Shown here one piece after another: positions 50,321-63,780 of a DNA stretch of 64,000 nt. The notes below the pieces were generated by a model that worked only from the letters and a program-made list of their open reading frames with translations, searched no databases and had not been told where the DNA came from. A program made the translations under genes and the position numbers. Source of the stretch: Rhynchobatus australiae (taxonomy: Eukaryota); NCBI GenBank assembly GCA_034780895.1, contig JAUZTB010000087.1:66050988-66114987 (forward strand). The letters run 5' to 3'. The stretch's first letter is position 1; each line of letters begins with the position of its first letter.

Positions 50321-52879
50321 TGCAATGTCTGGTGCAACAATTTTTCCAAGTGTTATATCACATGATGCAAACTAGTTCTTAAAAGGCACCCTGCACCTAA
50401 ATATACATTACACTTCCCCTTAAAAAGAAATAAACCTATGCATTCAAATTATTTACACATACAAATTCAATTGCTACTTACATCAACATGTAGTTCACCT
50501 GATCTTTTACTATCAATCTTCACTGAATTCTTTACTGCAAGCAGTACTTGCTATCTTTGAAGTATCCACTCCAGGAACCAGGAATTCTAATGAATCACCT
50601 CCCTAGGTGGACCTCCAGTCTCATATTCTGCCCTGTTATTGTTGTCTCAACTCAAGTTTCTTCGATGAGCTTGAATACCTTGTAATATGTATTCTGGATC
50701 ACCATCTTTTTGAATCACCTGCATGGCTTATCCAAACAAAGTCCAAAAACTCTTCAAAAATCAGAGGACTTAAGCTCATACATCATTGGATTCCATGAAC
50801 TCAATTGCAGCAACCTCTAGTTTGATTGCTTCTTAAGGCTCTCCATCTGTGTCTCTCTGCTTTCACATCACCTTGCATCCCGTCTACCACACTGACTCAC
50901 AGCAGACACTGGACTTTTCTTCTTTCCTATTGAAATCTCCAACCTTCCCTTTCAGGATTATTGCCAAAGCCTTCAGCTCTAATTGATGTTCTTAGGTGCC
51001 TATTCCACTCTGGGGAAAACATTCCAATGTGGATCATGGCTCCAATCCAATTTCCTAACTAGTATGACTTGAGACAGAAATGATCGCTAACGTGATGTAC
51101 TGTGGGTAAAATCAATGTTGGGTGAGACAGCGGCGGGAAAAGCAGGACAATGCAAACCACACAAAGTGAAATTGCTGGAAATGAGAATTGCGAGAAATGA
51201 GAAAGCTCACAAACAAGATTCAAAAAAACTTTTTCTCCTCTCTTTTGCTTCTTCTCATGGTCTGATACCTGATTCTAGTGTCTGGGTCGTGAACTGACCA
51301 TGGCCTGCAGGACAAGTTGTGTCACCTACTCCAAAATCCATCCAAGCTGACACTTTATTGGGGGAGCTTTGCAGTCCCAGGGGTGCACACTTTCAAAAGG
51401 CCCCCTCACTCTGGTTGACTGCTTCAAATCTCCAGTGTCTTGATGAATATTTATTCTCTAGTCAACATCACCATAGAAAAGGATTACTTTGTCATCACCA
51501 CATTGCTGTTACTTGGAGCTTGCTGTGAGAAAATTGGCTGCCATATTTTCTACACCACAACAGTGGCCACATACCAAAATACATCATTGGCTGTCAAGTA
51601 CTTTTAGACTTCCTGGGGATATAAAAGTTTCCATCTCAACAAATTATTTCTTTGAGGTGCTATAAACCACATGAGAGCACCCTGGTTAGTGTGACTGTTT
51701 GGAACTTGCAAGCTTAGAAGGGAATTTGGTGATGAAAGGAGATCGACCCGAAACATTAACTCTTCTTAGATGCTGTCTGACCTGCTGAATATTTTCAGCA
51801 TATTGTTTTACCTTGATGAACATAATGTCAGTCATGGTCTCATTTTACCAGTCTGTGATCCACATCTTGTTTTTCCACTCTCCTTAATCACACTGCCTCC
51901 AATCAGAATAATTAACTGCTTTCTACTTACACCATGGCAATTGCAATAATTCTGCTACAAACAAGCAGCAGATGTAAATTTGTGAAACAAAATACGAGAT
52001 GAACTAGGTCTTCTCCCCCTTTGTGATGTCTGGATTAGCTCTCATTTCCTACAGGTGAAAGACATGTTCCCAGCTGTGTCACATGGCTCTCAAAAAGACC
52101 CTGCAGGGAAAATGCCTTCCTCATTTTATCCAAAATAGCAAATCTGAATATGAAACAGATTTCATACCTGTGTTAGATTAACACAAGGAATTTCATCCCC
52201 TTCTTAGTCTGTTACTGTCCTTGAATCCTTTTGTTTGTTTTAAGACTGAGGCACCCTGTACTGAGATTGAGACAGGCAGCAATTGCATTGGAGTGGAGGA
52301 GGGAGGTTCGCCTGCACCCTTCCACCTGCAATCAAACAGCTTTTCCCAACACCTTCTGCCCATCCCTGATATTTTTATTACTAATAAACAAATGTGCACT
52401 GAGAAAGTTTCTGTTATCCATCAGGCACTAACATCCCTTCAGAGATCCTTCCCTTTTTATTTCCTTTAAACACCTTGGTCCAGTTTTACTTCATAAGATA
52501 AAAGTGGTGGGGAGGCAACAGTTCATGAACTAAAGACAAGTGGAGTCCCACCACCCAAGGTCAATCTGCATGAGTGCTTGCTCAGCCCACTGTCTCTTGG
52601 AGAGATAAACTGCCTGGAGGCAAGAACTGCCTGCAGGTGAATGTAAACATCTCAAAGTGAAGACACCTCAAACTCTGAGCAGCTTCTACGGTATGTTTAG
52701 AATGCCTGTCAGAGAGCACTGGGAAGGTGCTTGAAGTTTCGGCATTGGACCAGACAATTTGACCAAGTAATCCATAAGGCTCCTCCCAAGCCTCCTCAAT
52801 TTTCCTCATCCATAAGGCTCCTCCCAAGTTTCCTATTCTCACTGCTTTTTCCCTTACATACAAACTAGAAGAGGAAGGC

Positions 52880-53200
52880 AGTTAGAACTGCTCCACCATT
52901 CAAAAACAATTGTGCCAGACCTAATCTCTCATCGCTGCATTCCTGCCTACCCCCACTAACCTTTCACCCCTTGATTATCATGAATCTATCCAGCTGTGCC
53001 TTCCTAAGGCTCCACTTTTACCACTTGGAGAGTTCCAAAGATTCACGACACTAAGGGGAAAAAAAACTTCACCTCATCTCTATCTTATATGGATGGCCCC
53101 TTATTTTTAAAACAGTGGCTCTGATTCTAGATTGTAACACAAGAAGCAGCATCCATTCCACATCTAACATGTCAAAACCTCTCAGGATCTTGTGTATTAA
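52880..53200 (-). mobile_element. CR1 LINE 3' end
   Basis: Peptide KILRGFDMLDVE...LKIRGHPYKIEMR. Confidence 0.7.
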
Positions 53201-54639
53201 TCTAGCCAGGAGCAAAGGTCGACATGCCATTGAGGGAGAAAGCCCCCACAATAATCATTAGGCATGTTATGGGTGCACAGACATCCTCATATGTGATTAG
53301 TATGCACATGTTCAATATATTTCCTCGAAATTTAAATGCAAGCCTCAGCGTGGACACCACACCTAGCTTCCCTTGGAGGCATTTGTATTATGTGCCTGAG
53401 TTATCAGTTTCACAGTCTCATCACTCCCTAGGCAAAGAAGTTAGATTTGAACTCCCCTTGGATTTAATAATGACCAAACTATACTTCTAACCCCCTAAGT
53501 TTGATACCCGACCTAAATCTTGGTTGGAATGAGAGCAGAGTATACTGGAAATACTCAGTTATGAGAAAAATAGTCATGTTTCAGCCTGGTGACCCTTCAA
53601 AACTAGAAATTAGAATCTAAAACTAGTTTCACCCACAAATTGTCTCTCTCTCTCTCTATAAATGAGATTTTTTTTTGCAATTTAATTTTTTTTAAACTGC
53701 AGGTTAAGTAGATAACTTATCTGAACACAAAGGGACCGAAACTAGTTGTGGTGCTGAGCTGATGTATGTAAAAGCAGTGGAGGGGTTTCAAGTAGGGTTG
53801 TTTATTTGCTTTTTCATAAGCAAGATTGAGCCTTCTTGTTATGAAAGAAATATTGTTCAACTTTCAGTTTCTACAAAGCATAACCAAATTGAAATTGATA
53901 ATAACAAACTAGTTCAAACCATTAATTACTCAGTAAAACCTTCAATTTTCTCACATTATCATAAACACCTTTGAATTTTGCTCCTGTTCCACCCATGTTT
54001 TTACTCTTCTGCCTTTTCTCACCAGTCACGCCACAGACCTGCACACCCTACAGACCACGGCACTGCTCAGTACTCTACACCAGCATTTTGAAAGGCATTC
54101 TTAAAGCAAAATGAATGAAAAGATAAAATGTACAAGCCTGATCTTAAGCCTGATTTCTCCCCCCTCATTCTGTCCTCATTCATCTTATATTTACACCTCC
54201 TCCAGGCAGCTGAGCTGTGCTAAACAAGTCATTCACCATCTTCTCTCAACTGGCTCCATCAGCACAGGGGTCATTCAGTGACTCTTGATCTCACTCTATA
54301 ATGGACATCCCCTTTATTTCCTCCACCTCTCCCCTCACTTAAAACAGGCTGAAGGGTCACCAACTAAAACGGTACCTCTGTTTCTCTTAACTGAGTTTCT
54401 CCAGTGCACTCTGATTTTATTCCAACCGAGATTAGGGTCAGTTATCAAACAGCACTGGACCCCTTCCAATATGCTATCGGGAGCTGACCGTCTTCCCTGA
54501 CATTTATAAGACATCCGTGACATTCACTCAGAAGGAGTTCTCTTTGTATTCTGGTGAAATATTCAGTTTTTTAAGCAACACCTAAAATAGATTACCTGGA
54601 CCTGAGTGATGGATATAAGGAGTGAGATATCAGAGGACT

Positions 54640-54825
54640 TGGTGGAGGTGGGTATGATTATAATGTTTAAAAGACATTTAGACAGCTACATGGATAGGAA
54701 AGGTTTAGAAGGATAAGAGCCAAACATGGGGAAAATAGGACTAGCTCAAGTAGACAACTTGGTCGGCATGGATGAGTTGGACCGTAGGTCCTGCTTCTGG
54801 GCTGTATAACTATGATCCTATGACA
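54640..54825 (+). mobile_element. CR1 LINE 3' end
   Basis: gtggaggtggg..tttaaaagacatttagacag..ggataggaaagg plus tail. Confidence 0.65.
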
Positions 54826-56544
54826 TTTATGCTATTATTGCTTCTGGGTACTTGTTGCGCACAGGTTGGCTTCTGCATTACAATGGCGACTACACATCAG
54901 TAGTGTGTTAGGCAGGTGGTGAAACACGCTATGGAAATGCAGATACTTCCCTATTTGGTGACCCAGCTGCAGGAAGGAGGGAAAAGCAGGTGGAGAACAG
55001 AAGTATCAATCATCCCTCCGACCCAGTGTCGGATGGAGGTCCCCACCCCAAGCACTTACTTACCTCTGACCCTACTGACAGCAAGGCTAGAAAATCCACC
55101 AACAACTCATGCTCAAAGGAGGACAGGATGCATAAAGTAAAATGTTATTTGAGTTCAGTGTACTTCATTGACTGCAATGTGCTTTGAGATATCCTGAAGC
55201 AGTGAAAAATGCTTTATATCTGCTAATTCCTTCTCTTCATTGTAAACTGGGCATGAATATCAGGTGTATAATATGTTTCAGTGTCACGTTCCGTGGAGAC
55301 AAACGCAAATCGCATGTTCACTGTTAATTACACGCACTGCTCGTTCTATTCAACACCAGCAGTTAATAAACATTGCCATGTGGTTGCCTCAGTGACCGTG
55401 GATGATTAGAAAGAACTATTCGTAACAAGATATGGCTTTCTTATTTAAAAAAGCATTAATGGACTGTCACGCTCACGGATATCCTGGCGAGCTAATCATT
55501 TGCTTGCACCTCTTGATAAATACCACACTAGCCTAGCTGAATGCTATACATCACTGCCATGACTGAATGATTAAAGAGAAAGACAGATGACATTATATGA
55601 ACACCTTGCTGCAGCAGAGCTCAAAGTTTTATCCTTGGAAATCTGCCCCAACAGTCACACATTCTGCTAAAACCCCCCAGGGAATAAATCCCAAAAAGCC
55701 TTTTCCAGAGAGAAATGACCCACACTATGACAGAAAATTCTCAGAACAGAGTTTTCATATATTTTAACCATCCCTGTATGCACCAGAGAATGCAAAACCC
55801 TCCAAGAGTCTTCAGGAAGGAAAGTCGATCTCCAGGAATGTGCTATATCTGGGGAAAAAAGCTCTACCACCAAAGGTTGGAGATTTCAATAGGAAGTCTT
55901 TTTGAATGATTATTGATATTCAATTAATCAATAAATAGTTTACTGATTATTAAAATAATGCAAAGAGTACACTTGTGAGGACATTGTGCAACCCACAGGA
56001 GGCCCCTTGCAGCTGAAGATGGTGGACCCTTTGATGAAACTTATCAATCACCCAACAAGATCTGGCAACTCCAGCACCAATGGCAAAGTAAATCTCAAAG
56101 TGTGATTCTCACACTTACTTTGTCATGTCCATGACCTAGAAATTTAATGGTGTCACGTATGTTTTCCAAGTTTCACTGGATTATACTGAACTGCAGTGTA
56201 AAATTGACTAATGACTGCTGTTGGTACAATGTTGTGCTTGTGGTCCATGATGGAACTTTGATCATGTTGTTTACTGCATGTAGCACGCTTAAGCCCCAAT
56301 AAAGTTGAACGTGCACAGGTGGTGTTTGCTGTCACTGCTGCTGTATTGGAATGAATATGTGCAGCAAACTCAACCAGCCAAGCACAGGAAAGCAGGTTTT
56401 AACAGACGACCCTGTGCTTGTGATGTGTAAAGGGATAAACTATTAATTACAGCTTTGCTGGGGGTTTGTTGCAACATGCATCAAAATGGGCTCAGCCAAA
56501 TCATAACAATGGAATGAACTTGATCCTTTAGTTGATGCCTCTTA

Positions 56545-57405
56545 GAACACAAGAAATAGAAGCAATAGGCCATTTGGCCCCTCCACCATTCAATAAGATC
56601 ACAACTGATCTTTCACCTTAGCTCCACTTTTCTGCACTAACCCCCTATCCCTTGACATTCTTGTTATCCAAAAATGTGTCAGTCTGCCTTGAATATATTC
56701 AGTGAAGGAGCCTTCACAGCTTGGTTGGATCAAGTTTTCTAAAGATTCACTACTCTCTGGTTGAGGGAATTTCTTTGTATCTCAGTCCTGCATGGCTGAG
56801 CCCTTATTTTGAGACTGGTTCTGGTAGAAATATCTCCACATCTAGACTCGTAACAATTTTATGTTTCAATGAGATCATCTTTCATTCTTCTAAACTCTAG
56901 AGTATATGGGCTGTCATCTGTTTTCTCTCTCTTCATGGGACAATCCTACCATCCCACGAATCAATCTGGTGAACCTTTGTTGCATTCCCTCAATCACCAA
57001 TGTATCCTTCCTTGGGGAGACCAAACCCAGAGAATTTTCCAGATGTGGTCTCACTAGGGCTCTATATAATTGCAGGATGACATCTTTCCTCTTGTGCTAA
57101 AATCTTCTTGCAATAAAAGTCAACATACTGTTTGCCTTCCTAAAGCTTCCTGTACCTGCCTGTTAACTTTGTGATTCTTGTACAAGGACAACCAGGTCCT
57201 TCTGAACACTAACATCTTTCAGTCTCAGTCTCTCACCACTTAATAAATATTCTGCTTCTCTATATTTTCTACCAAAGTGGATGACCTCCACGTTTTTCTA
57301 CACCATATTCCATCTGCCACATCCTCACCTATTCACTAAACCTGTCTGTATTCCCTTAAAGCCACTCTCCATTCTCCTTACAACTCACACTGCCACCCAG
57401 CTTCA
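56545..57405 (-). mobile_element. CR1 LINE 3' portion, degenerate
   Basis: Tail agaaatagaagcaataggccatt followed by antisense ORF2 C-terminal sequence. Confidence 0.7.
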
Positions 57406-60007
57406 TACCATATTGTTTCGGGGCATATCTTTCATTTGCGTGCCTGTCCGTGACACCATGCTCTCCAGCCCTTTGCTCAAGCTTGAATTGCTGTCCATTG
57501 ATATATGACAGACTCCAGTTGAACACTGCTGCTTTAAGAGGTCCAACCATTAGGTCAAACAGCTCAGGTTCTTTCATGCGATGGTGTGACTCCCAAAGTG
57601 TGACAAATATGCAAAGCCACAGAAAGAATTGCAAATCTCACCACTTCATTGCGCGAGGCTAGATGGCATCTGGACAAACTGCCGAGGCAGGTCCACAGTG
57701 TTTTGTAGCTCTCGCTCTTGTGAATGAATATTAAGCCTGTATTTCCAATGCATTAAGCAGAAGTAAATGATTGACAGCTTTAAAGCAACACATTCAATTC
57801 ACTTTCTGTCTCCACATTTGCATATCTGAGCACCTCAATGGCTGAAATATTTGATCTGATTTTAACTGGTTGGTGGGATAGAGTTCAAGGGCATGGTTTG
57901 ACATGTTGATGCATTCTTAGCATTTCAGCCTTGGATATTTCTGGTATGAAAGAGTCATCCATTGAGGGCAAATGAGGGCCTTCTTCAGGCCTTATGGTGC
58001 CACTGTGGCCAGATATCGTGGAAAGCCCCCACAACAGCTGGCCTTCCCGCGAAACATGCCACCCTGAAAATGATGGCAGGCATGTGCTCGGTAAGTTTGG
58101 ATCCTTGTTTTAAGCTCTTTAAAACCCCTCCCAGTACCAACCCGCCCCCATCCCAAGGACAATTCTTCAGTGAGCGACTGCTCAATTTATGGAGCAGTCT
58201 ATAGGACAAGTAATGGAAACAGTTTGTGGTGAATCATTGCAATTAAATGGTTTCCACATTTTAAAAAAAAATCATATTTTGGTACAATGCAGGAGTTGCA
58301 GTTTGCATGTGGTCACATGGAGATTGTGCAAAACTCCACTAAGGCAGCAGAGATCAGGATTGAATCCAGGTCACTGGAGCTGCATGCACCTGCTGTGCCA
58401 GTGTGTCTGGATGAAAAACTATTCCAGCCATGTCTTCCTTTCATGTCTAGCTGGAGAAGGACCAGGCGGACGAGTCACAGTAATGGCCTGTGCCCACCCA
58501 TGACATTGTTTCTCTCCGGGGTTTACGTCAGCCTGTCTTTGTGAATGAGGAACAAAGGGTTTCAGTACAAAGAGAAGACTTGCATTTATGCAGGACCTTT
58601 CACAAGCTGTCCCGAGGCACTTTACAGCACTTCTGAAGTGCAGGAATGGTGGCAGTCAGTTTTTGCACAGCAAGCTCCCACAAGTAGCAATATCATACCA
58701 GCCACTGTTCTGGCATTGACTTGATGGAGGAATATGAATAAATATTTTTCACAATGAGCAAACAGGTCTGTCTGCCAAACCAGGCTTGCAAGGAACAAGT
58801 TTTCTTTTCAATATTTGCCAAGCAAAATCAAATAAATGTCCCTGAGTCAGTGACAGTTAGAGTGTTCATTTTCCAAGTGGGCATTGTAATGTCCTGTCAA
58901 ACTGCAGAAAGTTTCCTGCACTCCCTGTCAGTCTCTTCATTCATTGCTGAGCTATGTCACAGCGCCTGAGCTGGGCCATGTCAAACTCAATCCCCTCACC
59001 ACATAAAACCTTCTCAAAGGCACCATCAAACCCTTGAAATCAGAATTTCATGCACCACCCCCCAATAGCTTCGAAGTATGCCTTTACCTTCTGAGAAAGA
59101 CAGGCACTCTGCTTTGTTCCAAGCTTGCACTGCAATCAAACAAACTACACTCATTGATGGGCAAGGGCAATGGAGCCAGTCAGCCAACTAAAGCAGAGAT
59201 TTCACCCACCCTGCTTCAGCTAAAAATGCTATTAGTCAATGGATCAGTGCCTGAGGGTACAGCTTAATGGAGCTTCGAAGTTGGTGCATGCAATTGTATA
59301 GTTAAATTTACATNNNNNNNNNNNNNNNNNNNNNNNNNNNNNNNNNNNNNNNNNNNNNNNNNNNNNNNNNNNNNNNNNNNNNNNNNNNNNNNNNNNNNNN
59401 NNNNNNTTCTTCGGGCTCGTCTCTCTCACAGTATTTATTTGTGTGTCACTGTGTGCCTCTCACACGGTGTGTCTGTTCACTTATCCCTCTCACACTGCCT
59501 GTTTGTGTGTCACTCTCCATGGGAGACTCTTTCTGCACACCCCTGCGTGTGTGTGTTAAAATGAGGAAATGGGGTCAATGTACAGTCCTCACACTAAAAT
59601 TTTCCAGTCTTGAATCATACTCATCTGTCCAAAGCTCCTAGAAGGATGATTAATACTAAAACCTCCCAGGAATGTTGAAAATAAGGTCTCTGAGCATCTG
59701 GCTGTTAGATTTCTTACTCCTTGGTTTGTCCTGGTTATACTTGATGGAACCTAGTAAGTAGAAGCAAAGTTAACCTTTAGACAGAGCCTGGAGGGTTTTG
59801 TCCAAGTACAGTTGCCTGCTTGGTAGATAAACACTAAATCAGAACCTTATTGACATCAGTTACCTTCAAAGGAATGGAAGATGTGCAAATGCAACCATGA
59901 CAGCCCACTGACTTCAGAGCCAGAAGGAATGGGTTCAATCCCCATTCTAGAGAACAAGCAAATAATGACACAGCTTTGAAGTCACTCAAGTATTCAGAAA
60001 CAGGTTT

Positions 60008-60355
60008 GGAATCAGAATCAGGTTTATTATCACTGACGTACAATATGACATGAAATATTTGATGTGTTGCAGCAGCAGTGCACTGCAAGACAAGGATATC
60101 AAAAATATTTATGTTTGTAACTTATAGTAAAAGAGGAATAATGAGGTAGTGTTCATGGACCATTCAGAAATCTGATGTCAGAGGGGAAGAAGCTGTTCCT
60201 GAAACAGAGTAGATCTTCACACTCCTGTACCACCTCTCCAATGGTAGTAATGTGAAGAAGGCATGTCCTGGGTGGTGAGGGCCCTTAAAGGATGTCACCT
60301 TCTTGAGGCAACACCTCTTGGAGATGTCCTTGATGGCAAGAAGGACTGTGCCAGT
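60008..60355 (-). mobile_element. Rex1/Babar-like LINE 3' end
   Basis: gaatcagaatcaggtttattatcactgac tail; gggaagaagctgttcctgaa. Confidence 0.7.
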
Positions 60356-61571
60356 GAGAGTTGAGGATAATTATTGAATCAGCCAGCTTTAACAGCATTA
60401 AAGCAGTATTTATCTCAGTGCTGCTTGTGGAGCCTCACAGTGCACCAACAATCTGCTGCATTTTAACCAGATTAAGTGGCATTGCAAACAGGCAGTGTTG
60501 TCCATGACTCAAAAGTCAACTTGCCCCCAAGAACATAAAACGGTGCAGCACAGGAACAGGCCTTCAGCCTGTGGAGACCTCAACATATAATCCAGGCTGG
60601 CACCCCATAGTGTTGAACTATCAGGTGCAGCCTATGATCACGATATTACACCAAACTGATCAGCCTTCTCAGAGGAGACTTGGTCAACATTTGTCCCTCA
60701 GATGAATCTAGGTTAACAGCTTATTTATCTCTGCCTGGTTCCCAGTAGCTTGTTGTACAAATTTATTTCCATCAGCTTTGGCTGTAATGCCCTGCAAGGT
60801 CTATTGGTTAGTCTTTAATATCCTGAGTAGATTTTTAAAGTGTGTCTGGGATACATAGAATAAAATATGCATCCTCTATTACTACTAGATTAGCTTACTT
60901 TTATCTGGAAACTACTGGACTGAGTTAAACACCTTATGGCAATGGTTTTTAAGCACCATGTAACTCAGAAATTCATTCTTTCCAGAGTGAAGCACAGGAA
61001 CCACCTAATCTGAAGGTGTATAACATCTGGTCAATTACACTCAAGGCCTTGGAAACATTCATTTGCACCTCAGTGCACTAGAAGTTCAAGGCCTTGAGCT
61101 ACTGTATGGATGTTAGATGCAGTTTTCTTTCAATTAATCAGACAAATTCAGTTTAGTTGCTAAGCTTTAATTGCCAACAGTACAAATTTTGATTTCAGTC
61201 ATTTCATCAACACTAACTGCTGGCAAAAACTGTGTCTGAGATGCAGAATCAAAACCTCTGCAACAACAGTAAAACCATAGCCAGCAAAACATTATATATT
61301 AGTGACGAATTGAAGTTGTCAGCAGCTATACACTGAGAAATTAGATGTGTTATGTATAAACAGTATTGGAGTGCAATTTTTAGAGAATAGTTTAAACAGA
61401 AGATGATTGCTTTTAGTGGTAGTGCCCCCAAATGAGCTGGAAATTATAGGTTCAGATTTCGCACTTGGAGTGCTGCTTTACCAGAGGAGCTGTTTCAAAT
61501 GAAATGGAGTCCATCCACTCAGAACCTCGGAATCCTCTGGAGAAATGGGCGATGCTTCTTCAATGTTGTCG

Positions 61572-61860
61572 AGTCAGAGTTGTGCAGCACACAAACAGGC
61601 CCTTCAGCCCACCACATCCATACCAATGTTTTTACCTGTCTGCGCTAATCCCATTTGCCTGCATTGGGACCTTATCTTTCTATGCCTCGTCTATTTAAGT
61701 GTCTGTCTAAACATGGTGACTGTATCCAATTTCACCTCCTCCGGCAGTGCATTCCATATAAATCAACCACCGTGCAAAAAAATACCCCTTAGATCCCCTT
61801 TAAAACTCTCTCCTCTCGACTTAAAGCTACACCCTTGTTTGTGATACCCCTACCATGGGA
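61572..61860 (-). mobile_element. CR1 LINE 3' end
   Basis: Same family as 3232-3550 and 18514-18890. Confidence 0.7.
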
Positions 61861-61929
61861 TTTGTGCCCCAACCAGAGGCAATATATCCCAGCCAATATT
61901 ACAATTAACAACCACTCATTACTCAGGCA

Positions 61930-62480
61930 CCCTGGCTTGATAATAATGATATAGGACAGGTATTACAGGCTACAGGGTTACAGATTGTGGCAGAATACAA
62001 TCCTGATGCTACTGATGATCCATAACCTCATGGATCCTCAGGGCTGAGTTGCTGCATCTGTTCTAAATCTATCATTTAGCAGAACAATGGTAATACTAAA
62101 CACAAATGGAGAGTCACAACAAGACTGTCTCCATGTGGGCTGTGCAGTGGTCATTCCTGTCAATACTCCAATGAAATATGCATCTGTAGCAGGCAGTTTG
62201 GTCAGGACGAGATGAGTTAGCTTTTCCCTCATTGGCAGTTTGACCTCAGGACCAGACTGGTAACTGAGCCAGCTAATTCAATGCAAATGTTACTGTATCA
62301 CTCTTGGTGGTAGGTGTTAAAGTCCCAAAAGTTCTATGCCCTTACTGCCTTAATGACTTCAAGTTAGTGTTCAACATCGTCAGCTAAGAGAGGGTAATCA
62401 GCAAGAGGTTTCTTGGCCCATTTTGACTGGATGCCATAAGCCTTTGGTGGAGCCAGAATCAATGTTAAGGATATTTGTGA
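61930..62480 (-). mobile_element. Decayed LINE endonuclease-region fragment (CR1-like)
   Basis: Peptide REKLTHLVLTKLPATDA resembles the TR..LDLVLT motif of APE domains; highly degenerate. Confidence 0.45.
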
Positions 62481-62954
62481 AGGTGGTTAATGGGGAGCCT
62501 GAGCTCAGTATCAACACTAATGAGCTGAGACGATGAATAGTGTTAACACTGAAATGAGCTCAGACACACATAGCATGGTGTACACAAGTGAAAAAATTAT
62601 GTGAATGCACAGAAATAACACTCAAGTTCAGCCAATAGATTAATACAGGCAGAGTACAAAAACATGTTCAGAAAAGGCTGCATATAGTGACAATATCATA
62701 CCTTGGCAGAATAGATGACTATGTAATTCTCCTCTCATTATTCTTGGTGACCATATTACTGTAATATCTGAGTGTGATTTTTAAGTACATCCTTTACAGG
62801 CAACTGTCCTCCACTCTCTGCAATTCTTTGAGGATTTTATCAGGGAAAGCTACTGTAGTTTTTCTCTTGGCTCTTCAAATAGGATCTATTTTCTGAGTAA
62901 CACACAAAGTGCTGGAGGAACTCAAGTCAGGCAGCACCTATGGAGGAAAATAAA

Positions 62955-62992
62955 CAGTCGAGGTTTCGGGTCAAGACCCTTCATCAGGACTG
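62955..62992 (-). ncRNA. Minimal type I hammerhead ribozyme motif (Penelope-like element terminal repeat)
   Basis: Minus strand reads CAGUC-CUGAUGA-A-GGGUCUUGACCC-GAAAC-CUC-GACUG. Stem I is CAGUC/GACUG, the core is CUGAUGA plus GAAA, stem II is GGGU/ACCC. One change (CUC) relative to the inferred family consensus GUC/GUU. Confidence 0.7.
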
Positions 62993-63739
62993 GAAAAAAA
63001 GAGGGCAGAAGGCGGAATAAGATGGTTGGGGAAGAGGAGTACTCACAGGTAGGTGATAGGCGTCACCTCGTGACCAGCCCATCTATTCCCCATCTCCTTT
63101 CCTTTCTCTCTTCCACCACCCCCATGGTCTACTGCCTTCTCCTACCAGATTCCATCTTCGTCAGCCCTNNNNNNNNNNNNNNNNNNNNNNNNNNNNNNNN
63201 NNNNNNNNNNNNNNNNNNNNNNNNNNNNNNNNNNNNNNNNNNNNNNNNNNNNNNNNNNNNNNNNNNNNNNNNNNNNNNNNNNNNNNNNNNNNNNNNNNNN
63301 NNNNNNNNNNNNNNNNNNNNNNNNNNNNNNNNNNNNNNNNNNNNNNNNNNNNNNNNNNNNNNNNNNNNNNNNNNNNNNNNNNNNNNNNNNNNNNNNNNNN
63401 NNNNNNNNNNNNNNNNNNNNNNNNNNNNNNNNNNNNNNNNNNNNNNNNNNNNNNNNNNNNNNNNNNNNNNNNNNNNNNNNNNNNNNNNNNNNNNNNNNNN
63501 NNNNNNNNNNNNNNNNNNNNNNNNNNNNNNNNNNNNNNNNNNNNNNNNNNNNNNNNNNNNNNNNNNNNNNNNNNNNNNNNNNNNNNNNNNNNNNNNNNNN
63601 NNNNNNNNNNNNNNNNNNNNNNNNNNNNNNNNNNNNNNNNNNNNNNNNNNNNNNNNNNNNNNNNNNNNNNNNNNNNNACCTGCCAGCCTGTGCTCCTCCC
63701 CCTCCCTGACCTTATTCTGGCTTCTGCCCTCTTCCTTTC

Positions 63740-63780
63740 CAGTCCTGATGAAGGGCCTTGACTGGAAATGTTGACAACTG
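63740..63780 (+). ncRNA. Degenerate hammerhead ribozyme motif (inverted partner of 62955-62992)
   Basis: Reads CAGTC-CTGATGA-A-GGGCCTTGACTG-GAAAT-GTT-GACAACTG; stem II is disrupted. Confidence 0.5.

Noticed and set aside
51924-51938. gccATGGT|GTAAGT as the upstream start exon (minus strand)
   Set aside because: Phase 2; splicing to 32499 gives ATG GTA TAG (immediate stop). It could only be a non-coding or uORF exon, with no support.
52770-52828. 21-bp direct repeat atccataaggctcctcccaag x2 (similar short repeats at 22305-22335 and 30393-30470)
   Set aside because: Ordinary local slippage duplications with no further structure.
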